From NCBI GenBank assembly GCA_040754315.1, contig JBFMCS010000004.1:7390-71389 (forward strand): DNA of 64,000 nt, given 5' to 3'. A program made the translations under genes and the position numbers. Positions 8,943 through 17,415 of the stretch are shown here, piece by piece (the stretch's first letter is position 1; each line of letters opens with the position of its first letter). The notes under the pieces were generated by a model, which saw only the letters and a program-made list of their open reading frames with translations, made no database searches and was not told the origin of the DNA. This DNA is from Bacillota bacterium (GTDB lineage Bacteria; Bacillota; Sulfobacillia; DUSP01; JBFMCS01).

Positions 8943-9908
8943 ATGGTGCAGCCTACGGTCCAGGAGGCCAGGGCCAGGAGAAGGATATGCCAGCGGCTGG
9001 CGGAGGTCTTTGCCCGGTGGGGCTTCGCTGAGATTGAGGTGCCCTTGCTGCAACCGGCTGAAGATCTTGAACCCGTTGCAGGGCCCCAGCTCATGGAGTC
9101 CTCCTACAAGGTCATTGACCACCAGGGGAGGGTGCTTTGCCTGAGGCCGGACTTCACCGCGGCCATATCCAGCATGGTCACAGGCCAGTGGGCCTGCGAG
9201 CCGAGACCGCTGCGTCTTTCTTACTTCGGTTCAGTGTTTCGCCGGGGGACCTCTGGCATGCGGGAGACGCCCCAGGCCGGGGTGGAGAACATCGGGTCTC
9301 CGCACGGCGATCCTGATGCCGAGTGCATTGCCGTGGCGCTGGAGGGACTACAGGCTGTGGGGGTCCGGGAGGTTCACGTGGCCTTGGGGGATGCCGGCGT
9401 GCTCCGGGCCTGGCTGGACCAGGCGGGATTGACCCCGGACACCCTTAGAAGGACCGTCCAGGCCCTCTCTGGCAAGGATCTCGTATCCCTTGAGCGACTC
9501 CTGGGTGCCGCCGGGGGGGGGCTTGCCCGCTCCTTCCAGGACCTCCTTGATACCCGGGGAGACGGGGATGCCCTGGACAGGGCCTTGAAGGCCTGGCAGG
9601 GCAGTTTGCTTGAGCCTCACCTGGAGGCCCTCCGCTTGACCTACGGGCGCCTCGGGGCCATGGGGCTTTGTGAGAGTGTCTTCGTTGACCTCGGTCTCCT
9701 GCGGGACCTGGACTACTACACAGGCCTGGTATTTGACGTGTACATAAGGGGGCTTGGCGAGCCCGTTGCTGGCGGGGGACGGTACGACGATCTCCTGGGC
9801 CGGATCGGTGCTGCGGAGGCGGCTGTGGGCTTTGCCTATAACGTGGAGGCCATTTCGAAGATATCGACGGAGGGTGCCCTGAGTGGGTTCTCTCTCAGTA
9901 TCCACTAG
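8943..9908 (+). CDS. hisZ: ATP phosphoribosyltransferase regulatory subunit HisZ (HisRS paralog)
   Basis: It resembles class II aaRS-like HisZ and lies immediately upstream of a short-form hisG. Confidence 0.8.
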   Translation: MVQPTVQEARARRRICQRLAEVFARWGFAEIEVPLLQPAEDLEPVAGPQLMESSYKVIDHQGRVLCLRPDFTAAISSMVTGQWACEPRPLRLSYFGSVFRRGTSGMRETPQAGVENIGSPHGDPDAECIAVALEGLQAVGVREVHVALGDAGVLRAWLDQAGLTPDTLRRTVQALSGKDLVSLERLLGAAGGGLARSFQDLLDTRGDGDALDRALKAWQGSLLEPHLEALRLTYGRLGAMGLCESVFVDLGLLRDLDYYTGLVFDVYIRGLGEPVAGGGRYDDLLGRIGAAEAAVGFAYNVEAISKISTEGALSGFSLSIH

Positions 9909-9910
9909 GG

Positions 9911-10579
9911 GTGAGGCGGTTGGATCTTGTTACCTATGCCCTGCCCAAGGGACGCCTCATGAATGGCACGTTGAGGCTTCTCCGGTCAGCGGGGGTGCCC
10001 TGCCCCCAGGAGGACGGGAGGCGTCTTTTACTGGAGATTCCCGAGAAGGGACTTAGGTTCCTTTTCTCCCGGCCCTCGGACGTTCCCGTCTACGTACAGT
10101 ATGGGGCGGCTGACCTCGGCATCTGCGGGAAGGATACCCTCATCGAGATGGGCCCCAAGGTATACGAGGTGCTGGACCTTGGGTTCGGGGCCGGGCGTTT
10201 TGTGCTGGCCACAGTGTCCGAATGGGTGGATCAGGGTTTTGACTGGACAAGGCCTGGGTTGAGGGTGGCCACCAAGTTCCCCAGGATCGCCTCGCTGTTC
10301 CTGGAGAGCCAGGGGGCCAGTCACCACATCATCAAGGTACACGGAGCGGCGGAGCTGGCACCCCGGGTGGGTTTAGCGGAAATGGTATTCGACATAACGG
10401 CCACAGGGAAGACCCTGGCGGAAAACGGCCTCAGGGTGGTGGCCAACGCCGGCACCACAACTGCCAGGCTGGTGGCGAACCCTGCCAGCTACAAGGTGAA
10501 GGCCCGCGAGCTGGGGGACGTCATCGCGAGGGTAAAGGGGTTTATCCAGAGCGAGGGTCACACGCTGGCCGGGCTTTGA
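9911..10579 (+). CDS. hisG: ATP phosphoribosyltransferase, short form
   Basis: It has the LPKGRL motif and HisG-family layout, is ~222 aa, and starts with GTG. Confidence 0.9.
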   Translation: MRRLDLVTYALPKGRLMNGTLRLLRSAGVPCPQEDGRRLLLEIPEKGLRFLFSRPSDVPVYVQYGAADLGICGKDTLIEMGPKVYEVLDLGFGAGRFVLATVSEWVDQGFDWTRPGLRVATKFPRIASLFLESQGASHHIIKVHGAAELAPRVGLAEMVFDITATGKTLAENGLRVVANAGTTTARLVANPASYKVKARELGDVIARVKGFIQSEGHTLAGL

Positions 10580-10601
10580 TGAAGGCCATCGGGGAGAGGC
10601 G

Positions 10602-11189
10602 GTGAACCTGTTGCGCGAAGTGGAGCACAAGAGGACCACACGGGAGACGTCCATTCATCTCCGGATCAACCTGGACGGTAATGGCGAGTCCCGTGTTGAG
10701 GTTGGAGGCTTTCTCGGTCACATGCTGGATACCCTCTCAAGGCATGGCATGTTTGACCTCGAGCTCAAGGCCGAGGTGTTCCTTGACCCTGACGGGCACC
10801 ACACAGCAGAGGACCTTGGGATCGTACTGGGAGAGGCCATAAGGAGGTCTGTGGGCCAGGGCCAAGGCCTGTCCAGGTTCGGCCACTCGGTGGTGCCCAT
10901 GGACGATGCCCTGGTGGAGGTGGCCCTGGACCTGTCGGGAAGGTCCTACTGCAACTACGACCTGGGGCCTGTGGGGGACCTGGGGGTCAATGCGTTCTTA
11001 CGCGAGTTCTTCCTGGGTTTTTCCCGCAGGGCCGAGGCCACCATCCACCTGAGGAGGCTGGCGGGTCACGATGCACACCACGTGGGCGAGGCTGCCTTCA
11101 AGGCCTTTGGGCGGGCTCTCTCCCAGGCTGTCTCACCCGATCCCAGGCTCAGCGGGAGGGCGCTGTCAACCAAGGGCGTGCTGTCGTGA
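10602..11189 (+). CDS. hisB: Imidazoleglycerol-phosphate dehydratase
   Basis: It has the RTTRETSI, HHTAEDLGI and HLRRLAGHDAHH motifs of IGPD. Confidence 0.9.
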   Translation: MNLLREVEHKRTTRETSIHLRINLDGNGESRVEVGGFLGHMLDTLSRHGMFDLELKAEVFLDPDGHHTAEDLGIVLGEAIRRSVGQGQGLSRFGHSVVPMDDALVEVALDLSGRSYCNYDLGPVGDLGVNAFLREFFLGFSRRAEATIHLRRLAGHDAHHVGEAAFKAFGRALSQAVSPDPRLSGRALSTKGVLS

Positions 11190-11932
11190 ACATGCTGGTG
11201 CTGCCGGCCATTGACATTATGGGAGGCCAGTGCGTCCGGCTCCTGAAGGGCAGGCCGGAGGAGAGCAGGGTCTACCACCAAGATCCCCTGGACGCCGCCC
11301 TCCGGTGGGAGCAAGAAGGGGCCGGAGCCCTCCACCTGGTGGACCTGGATCGTGCCCTGGGAGGGAAGCCAAATTCCGATGCTGTCAGGCGCATCGTCGA
11401 CTCCGTGACGGTCCCCGTGCAGTTGGGGGGGGGCTTGAGGAGCAGGGAGGCGGTAAAGGAGGCGTTTGGGTCCGGGGTGTGGAGGGTCGTCATGGGCACC
11501 GCCGCGCTGAGGTCCAGGGACCTTCTTTGCTGGTGCCTGGACCGGTTCGGGGACAGGGTGGTAGTCGCCCTTGATCACAGGGAGGACCGGGTGGTGGTTT
11601 CCGGCTGGACCCAGGAGCACGGCCTCTCATTGAAGGAGGCTACTGAAACCCTGCTGGAGCAGGGGGTCAGGGAGGTACTGGCCACCGCGGTAGAACGGGA
11701 TGGCACCATGGAGGGTCCGGATCTTGCAGGCTTGGCCATCCTGGTACGCTCCGGGTTGAGGGTGATAGCATCGGGCGGTGTCACCAGGCTTGAAGACCTG
11801 CGGGACCTCGCGGGGCTGCCTAACCTGACCGGGGTTGTCATTGGAAGGGCTCTCTATGAAGGCGTTTTATCCCTGGGGGAGGTCCTTAGGGTATCCCGTG
11901 GTGAGGGGAGGCTTGATTGTGAGCGAGGTTGA
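11186..11932 (+). CDS. hisA: ProFAR isomerase (HisA)
   Basis: It has the [15 protein letters not shown]-terminus and the (beta/alpha)8 HisA/HisF fold signature. No hisH or hisF is adjacent. Confidence 0.8.
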   Translation: MNMLVLPAIDIMGGQCVRLLKGRPEESRVYHQDPLDAALRWEQEGAGALHLVDLDRALGGKPNSDAVRRIVDSVTVPVQLGGGLRSREAVKEAFGSGVWRVVMGTAALRSRDLLCWCLDRFGDRVVVALDHREDRVVVSGWTQEHGLSLKEATETLLEQGVREVLATAVERDGTMEGPDLAGLAILVRSGLRVIASGGVTRLEDLRDLAGLPNLTGVVIGRALYEGVLSLGEVLRVSRGEGRLDCERG

Positions 11933-12527
11933 ACAGGGGACACTTACCCCCGTGGTGGTACAGCACGCTATCACGGGACAGGTGCTCATGCTGGCCTATA
12001 CCAACGCTGAGCTCCTGGAGAGAACCGCCAGGGAAGGGCGTGTCTGGTTCTGGAGCAGGTCCAGGGGGGGGCCCTGGCTGAAGGGCGCTACCAGCGGGAA
12101 CTACCTGAACGTACAGTCCATCACAATGGACTGTGACCAGGACGCGGTACTGGTGGAGGTGACCCCTGAGGGGCCCGCATGCCATACAGGCAAGACCAGC
12201 TGCTTTCACAGGCCGGTTATGGGTAGTGCATCCCCCGGCATCCTCCTGAAGCTGGGCGGGGTAATCGAGAGCCGGGTGATGAAGAAGCCCGAGGGGTCCT
12301 ACACGGCAGCCCTGGCTGGGAAGGGACCGGAGGCCATACTGAGGAAGGTCTCGGAGGAAGCCTTTGAGGTAGTCCTGGCCGCCAAAGAGGAGGGAGCCCC
12401 GGGCTTGGTGTGGGAGGTTGCTGACCTCTGGTACCACTGCATGGTGCTGTTGAGCGTCTTGGGATACAAGGCCGAGGACGTCCTTGAGGAACTTGCCCGC
12501 AGGGCGAAGAGGGATGAACAAGGGTGA
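11913..12527 (+). CDS. hisI: Bifunctional phosphoribosyl-AMP cyclohydrolase / phosphoribosyl-ATP pyrophosphatase (HisIE)
   Basis: It has the HisI domain (LIPAVVQ-like [19 protein letters not shown]) followed by the HisE MazG-like domain. A TTG or GTG start after a GGAGG RBS is preferred over the ORF-track start, which overlaps hisA. Confidence 0.8.
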   Translation: MIVSEVEQGTLTPVVVQHAITGQVLMLAYTNAELLERTAREGRVWFWSRSRGGPWLKGATSGNYLNVQSITMDCDQDAVLVEVTPEGPACHTGKTSCFHRPVMGSASPGILLKLGGVIESRVMKKPEGSYTAALAGKGPEAILRKVSEEAFEVVLAAKEEGAPGLVWEVADLWYHCMVLLSVLGYKAEDVLEELARRAKRDEQG

Positions 12528-13036
12528 GTAGGCTGCTTTCCAGAAGGAGGGGATAGAATATACGTGGGCTTGAAAGTACCCTGTGTGAACCGGAGAAGTG
12601 CCCCGAGTGCGGGGCAGGAAGTTACCTCGTACGACCGGATGGTCCGCTTCGGCTGCCGTTCTGAGCATGGGCGACAAGTACGACCTTCATATCCTGGCCT
12701 CTTGGCCACCCTCCAGGTTAAGGGCTCTCCATTAGCCCAGGCCCTGCGCTTACTGTGTTCCTCGGGCCCTCTTGCATCCTAGTCACTGGATCCAGGCGTC
12801 GTAGCCCCTGGGGCCTGGAACACACTACGGGGATGGTAGCCCAGGTTCCGCCACAGCATCGCAATAGTGTCTCCAGTGCGGGCCACTTATACCCCCTTTT
12901 TTATGACTCTCTTATGTGCGACCTGCCTTTTTACATGCCTTTTTTACAGGCTTTCCTGTACAGTCTAAGGGGGGTAGTCTCCTGCCCTCAGCCCAATTGT
13001 CTGACTCGGATGCATTCCCTGTAAGGGAGGATCAGC

Positions 13037-13525
13037 ATGTCACATCAGTGTGAGTGTCTGGAAACTCTCCTGGAGGAGAGTATCAAGCGGAATGGCCATG
13101 GGTTTGTGTCCATCCTTCAGGACATTCAAGAAGACTGCGGTTACTTGCCCGAGGATGCACTGAGGGCCCTTGCCAGGAAGACAGGGGTTCCCCTGAGTGA
13201 GATCTACCGCACAGCAACCTTCTACAACTACTTCTCACTTGTACCCCGCGGGAAGCACCAGGTAGTCGTATGCACAGGGACGACTTGTCACGTCCGCGGA
13301 GCCAAGCGGGTGTCCAGGGAGATCACAAAGAACCTGGGAATACGCGTGGGCGAGGTGACTGAGGATCGTGAGTTCTCACTAGAGTCTGTAAACTGCCTTG
13401 GATGCTGCGCCTTTGCTCCCGTGGTGGTGGTGGATGGCAGGCACTACGGTAACCTGACTCCTGACGAGGTGAAGAAGGTGTTAGACTCCGTCAAGCGAGA
13501 AGCCGTGACCGTTGGAGCCACATGA
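13037..13525 (+). CDS. NuoE/HydC-like thioredoxin-fold [2Fe-2S] protein (24-kDa subunit homolog)
   Basis: It has the C...C...CxxC pattern (CTGTTCHVRG...CLGCCAFAP) of the NuoE family. Confidence 0.8.
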   Translation: MSHQCECLETLLEESIKRNGHGFVSILQDIQEDCGYLPEDALRALARKTGVPLSEIYRTATFYNYFSLVPRGKHQVVVCTGTTCHVRGAKRVSREITKNLGIRVGEVTEDREFSLESVNCLGCCAFAPVVVVDGRHYGNLTPDEVKKVLDSVKREAVTVGAT

Positions 13526-13539
13526 AAGGAGAACCGTTG

Positions 13540-16500
13540 ATGAGCGTCACACCAAGAAGACTCTTGGCACCAGGCGACCTGGCTGAGTTGGCAGATTGCC
13601 TTAAGACTCGTCTAGATACTCGGAAACCCTGCGTGACGGTGTGTGGCGACACCGGCTGTACGGTTTGCGGCTCCTTGGGGCTTGCAGAGAGTTTCCGGAA
13701 CATCATCGACAAGAAGGGACTTAGTGACAAGGTTGACTTGAAGGTCACCGGATGTCTCGGCTTCTGTGAGCAGGCGCCAGCGGTCATGGCCATGCATGAT
13801 GAGGTCCTGTACTGCAAGGTGACCCCGGATGACGTGGAAGAATTGCTGGAGGCGATCATTGCTGGCAAAGTAGTGGATCGCCTGGTATATGCGGATCCCG
13901 TTACGGGTCGGATTATCCCCCGTGCCAGGGATATTCCCTTCTATAGCAGGCAAACACGCATGCTCCTGGAAGCCAATTGGCATACGAACCCCGTTGACAT
14001 CTACGACTACATTGCCAGGGGCGGGTACCACGCTCTTTCTCGCGTGCTGGCGGGAATGAACCCTGAAGAGGTTATCGCTATGATGAAAGAGGCATGCCTT
14101 CGGGGAAGAGGTGGAGCAGGGTTTCCCACTTGGCTGAAGTGGGATATCGCACGAAAGCAGCTCGAGAAGGAAAGATACATGATCTGTAATGCTGACGAGG
14201 GAGACCCAGGAGCCTTCATGGATCGTAGCATCCTGGAAGGTAACCCTCACGCGCTTTTGGAAGGGATGCTGATAGCAGGCTTCGCCATAGGATCGAGCAA
14301 TGGGATAATCTACGTAAGGGCAGAGTATCCCACTGCGGTAGCCAAGATCCAGCACGCTATCCAACAGTGCCAGGATCTTGGCCTTGTTGGGAAGGATATC
14401 CTCGGGTCTGGGTTTGATTTTGACCTGACCATAAGCAAAGGAGCTGGTGCCTTTGTTTGCGGTGAGGAGACAGCCCTGATTCGCGCCGCTGAGGGAGGAG
14501 TTGCCGAACCGCGACAGAAGCCTCCCTACCCTTCCGAATCGGGTTTCAAGGGCAAGCCCACTGTGATTAACAACGTGGAGACCCTGGCCAATGTTCCCAT
14601 CATCGTGGAGAGGGGGGCCGGCGCATACCGCAGTCTCGGGACGGAGAAATCAGGAGGCACGAAGATATTCTGCCTGGTGGGAAAGGTGCTCAATGCTGGG
14701 CTCATAGAGGTTTCCTTTGGGACCAGACTCGGTGATGTCATCTTCGACATTGGTGGCGGAACGAAGAAGGGGAAACGGTTTAAGGCAGTTCAAACCGGTG
14801 GCCCCTCTGGCGGGTGTCTCCCAGCGGACAAACTGAACCTTCATATAGATTTTGAAGAATTGGCTCTGGCGGGTTCCATCATTGGCTCGGGCGGCATGAT
14901 CATAATGGACGAGGATACCTGTATTGTGGATGTGACCCGCTATTTCCTGGGTTTTCTCAAGAGTGAATCCTGCGGAAAGTGCTTTTCCTGCCGTGTGGGA
15001 ATCGAGCGCATGCTTGAGATCGTGGACCGGATTGCTCAAGGCAGGGCAGTGGAGTCAGACCTGGATCTCCTTGAGGAATTAGCCCTCACCGTCAAGGATA
15101 CATCTCTATGCGGGCTCGGCCAGACAGCTCCAAACCCTGTTCTCAGCAGTCTCCGGTACTTCAGGGAGGAGTACCTGGAGCACATAAGACACAAGTTTTG
15201 CCGAGCGACGGTGTGTGAGTCCCTTTTCCGGTCCCCTTGCCAGAATTCGTGCCCCGCGGGTGTGGATGTGCCAATTTACGTCGACCAGATCAGGCATGGT
15301 GAGTTCATTGAAGCCTACGAGACAGTTCAAAAGAATAATCCCTTCCCTGTTGTCTGCGGGAGAGTGTGTCATCATCCCTGCGAGTCTAGGTGCCGGAGAG
15401 AGCAGATAGATAAGCCGGTAGCCATCAGGGCGTTGAAGCGCTTTGCCGCCGATTACGCCGTGAGTAATGGCCAAAGACCCGCGAGGGTTCCAGGCATTAA
15501 GAGCAGCAAGAAGGTAGCGGTCATCGGGGCTGGGCCAGCCGGGCTGACCGCTGCTTTCTATCTAGGCCGGAAAGGCCACCAGGTAACGGTATTCGAGTCC
15601 TCTCCGGTGCCCGGCGGCATGCTGGCCCTAGGGATCCCCGATTACCGGTTGCCCAAGGACTCTCTCAATGCTGACATCGAGGCCATCAGGAACTCAGGGG
15701 TCAAGATGAGGATGAACTCGGCGCTTGGCAGGGACTTCACTCTCCAAGACCTGAGGGAGGATGGTTACGAGGCCATATTCCTGGCCATAGGTGCCCATAA
15801 GGACAGGGATATGGGGATCCCCGGGGAGGGGCTGGAGGGTGTCCTCTCCAGCGTCGAATTCCTTCGGGCCGTCAATTTGGGGCATCAGGTGGACGTCGAC
15901 GGCAAAGCGGTGGCAGTCGTAGGGGGAGGAAACGCAGCCATTGACGCGGCCCGGGTTGCCCTGCGAAAGGGCGCTCGTGTGGTACACATACTTTACAGGC
16001 GCCGGCAGGAAGACATGCCAGCGATGAAAGAGGAGATCGCTGACGCACTGGCTGAGGGAATACACCTCACACAGTTGACTGCGCCAGTGCGAATACTGGG
16101 TGACGATAAGGTTAGGGCCATCGAGTGTGTCCGTATGGGACTGGGGGACTTCGACGAGACCGGAAGGAGGCGCCCGGTGGCGGAAGCAGGCACGGAGTTT
16201 CACCTTCCTGTGGATGTTGTTATCCGGGCCATCGGCCAGGCGCCGGATGTTCCAGATACTGTCCGCAAGACCGTGTCGATAGCTGGAAACGGGACGATTG
16301 CTGTTGACTCTCGTAGTCTCTCCACTCAGGTAGCGGGGGTGTTTGCCGGCGGTGATTGTGTTACAGGTCCAGCCATGGCCATTGATGCCATAGCCCAGGG
16401 CAGGATAGCAGCAGCCTCAATTGACAAGTACCTGGGGGGTGACGGTGTGCTGTGGGGAGATGACGAAGAGCCCGTACGCCAGTTCCGGTCGGAGATCATC

Positions 16501-16692
16501 CAGACTCCGCTGGATCGCTATGCTCCAGGGAAGATCCCGTTGAGTGAACGAATCAGGGGCTTCCGGGAGGTAGAAATGGCGTACTCCGAGGAAGTCGCGT
16601 GTAATGAGGCGTCCCGTTGCCTGCGGTGTGACGTGCAGCAAGATGACGAAGAAGAACAAGACAACCGGCACTCTTTGGCGGGAGCATCCTAG
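13540..16692 (+). CDS. Fusion protein: a thioredoxin-like 2Fe-2S domain, the NuoF/HydB (51-kDa) FMN/NADH module, a Cys-rich Fe-S linker, and a GltD/NfnB-like FAD/NAD(P)H pyridine-nucleotide-disulfide oxidoreductase domain
   Basis: The NuoF core carries GGAGFPT, the FMN site and the 4Fe-4S motif ESCGKCFSCRVG. A Cys-rich linker follows (CRATVCESLFRSPCQNSCPAG...VCGRVCHHPCESRC). The GltD-like Rossmann motifs VAVIGAGPAGL and VAVVGGGNAAIDAA come next. An ATG at 13540 after an AAGGAG RBS is the likely start. Confidence 0.8.
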   Translation: MSVTPRRLLAPGDLAELADCLKTRLDTRKPCVTVCGDTGCTVCGSLGLAESFRNIIDKKGLSDKVDLKVTGCLGFCEQAPAVMAMHDEVLYCKVTPDDVEELLEAIIAGKVVDRLVYADPVTGRIIPRARDIPFYSRQTRMLLEANWHTNPVDIYDYIARGGYHALSRVLAGMNPEEVIAMMKEACLRGRGGAGFPTWLKWDIARKQLEKERYMICNADEGDPGAFMDRSILEGNPHALLEGMLIAGFAIGSSNGIIYVRAEYPTAVAKIQHAIQQCQDLGLVGKDILGSGFDFDLTISKGAGAFVCGEETALIRAAEGGVAEPRQKPPYPSESGFKGKPTVINNVETLANVPIIVERGAGAYRSLGTEKSGGTKIFCLVGKVLNAGLIEVSFGTRLGDVIFDIGGGTKKGKRFKAVQTGGPSGGCLPADKLNLHIDFEELALAGSIIGSGGMIIMDEDTCIVDVTRYFLGFLKSESCGKCFSCRVGIERMLEIVDRIAQGRAVESDLDLLEELALTVKDTSLCGLGQTAPNPVLSSLRYFREEYLEHIRHKFCRATVCESLFRSPCQNSCPAGVDVPIYVDQIRHGEFIEAYETVQKNNPFPVVCGRVCHHPCESRCRREQIDKPVAIRALKRFAADYAVSNGQRPARVPGIKSSKKVAVIGAGPAGLTAAFYLGRKGHQVTVFESSPVPGGMLALGIPDYRLPKDSLNADIEAIRNSGVKMRMNSALGRDFTLQDLREDGYEAIFLAIGAHKDRDMGIPGEGLEGVLSSVEFLRAVNLGHQVDVDGKAVAVVGGGNAAIDAARVALRKGARVVHILYRRRQEDMPAMKEEIADALAEGIHLTQLTAPVRILGDDKVRAIECVRMGLGDFDETGRRRPVAEAGTEFHLPVDVVIRAIGQAPDVPDTVRKTVSIAGNGTIAVDSRSLSTQVAGVFAGGDCVTGPAMAIDAIAQGRIAAASIDKYLGGDGVLWGDDEEPVRQFRSEIIQTPLDRYAPGKIPLSERIRGFREVEMAYSEEVACNEASRCLRCDVQQDDEEEQDNRHSLAGAS

Positions 16693-16710
16693 AAGCAGGG
16701 GTGTATTTGA

Positions 16711-17415
16711 ATGCTGGAAATAACGCTGAACGGTCTTAGGGTTGGTGTGGATGAGGGCATGACGATACTGGAGGCAGCTCGGTTCTATGGGATCGAGATA
16801 CCGACCCTCTGTTACCTTGATGGCCTGAGCCCATACGGGGCATGCCGGCTTTGCCTGGTGGAGGTAGGCCCGCCGGAGAGGCCGAGATTAGTCTCATCCT
16901 GCATTCACAGGGTAGAAGAGGGCCTTGTGGTCAGGACGCACTCTGAACGAGTGATGATGAGGAGGAAGATGCTTCTGGAACTGTACCTGGCGACCTGCCC
17001 CTCATCCAAGACCATCCAGGATCTCGCCTCAAAGCATCACGTTACTGAGGTCCGCTTCAAGCCTCGGAACGAGGACTGCATTCTCTGCGGGCTTTGTGTC
17101 AGAATGTGCGCCGAACAGATGCAGGGCAAGGCCATCGATTTTGGTCACCGGGGAGCAGATCGAAGAGTCCTGACGCCGTTTGACAAGAAATCGGAGGATT
17201 GCCGGTTATGCGGTGGTTGCATGTACGTCTGTCCTGCGTGCCAAGCCAGGTGCCAAGGCCCGCAAGAGAGCGAGCCTGTGTGCAATGCCTGTCTCAACCT
17301 GCCTGTGGCATGCCTGGAACGTTTCGAGCATGCCATGTGCTATATGGACCCGTGCGTTGCCTGTGAGAGACAGCCCACAGAGATCGTTACGACCGAAAGG
17401 AGAAGCGACCCATGA
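16711..17415 (+). CDS. NuoG/HndD N-terminal-like Fe-S protein (2Fe-2S ferredoxin fold plus 4Fe-4S motifs). It has no catalytic domain.
   Basis: It has the TLCYLDGLSPYGACRLCLVEV 2Fe-2S motif and downstream CxxCxxC clusters. It is only 234 aa. Confidence 0.7.
   Translation: MLEITLNGLRVGVDEGMTILEAARFYGIEIPTLCYLDGLSPYGACRLCLVEVGPPERPRLVSSCIHRVEEGLVVRTHSERVMMRRKMLLELYLATCPSSKTIQDLASKHHVTEVRFKPRNEDCILCGLCVRMCAEQMQGKAIDFGHRGADRRVLTPFDKKSEDCRLCGGCMYVCPACQARCQGPQESEPVCNACLNLPVACLERFEHAMCYMDPCVACERQPTEIVTTERRSDP

Noticed and set aside
11886-12709. Minus-strand ORFs (263 aa and 136 aa) overlapping hisIE.
   Set aside because: They are antisense to a well-supported hisIE and have no recognisable motifs.
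12528-13036. Looked for a T-box or other known riboswitch upstream of the nuoE-like gene.
   Set aside because: No T-box AGGGTGGNACCGCG-type motif or other conserved riboswitch core was recognisable. It is left as an unassigned structured region.
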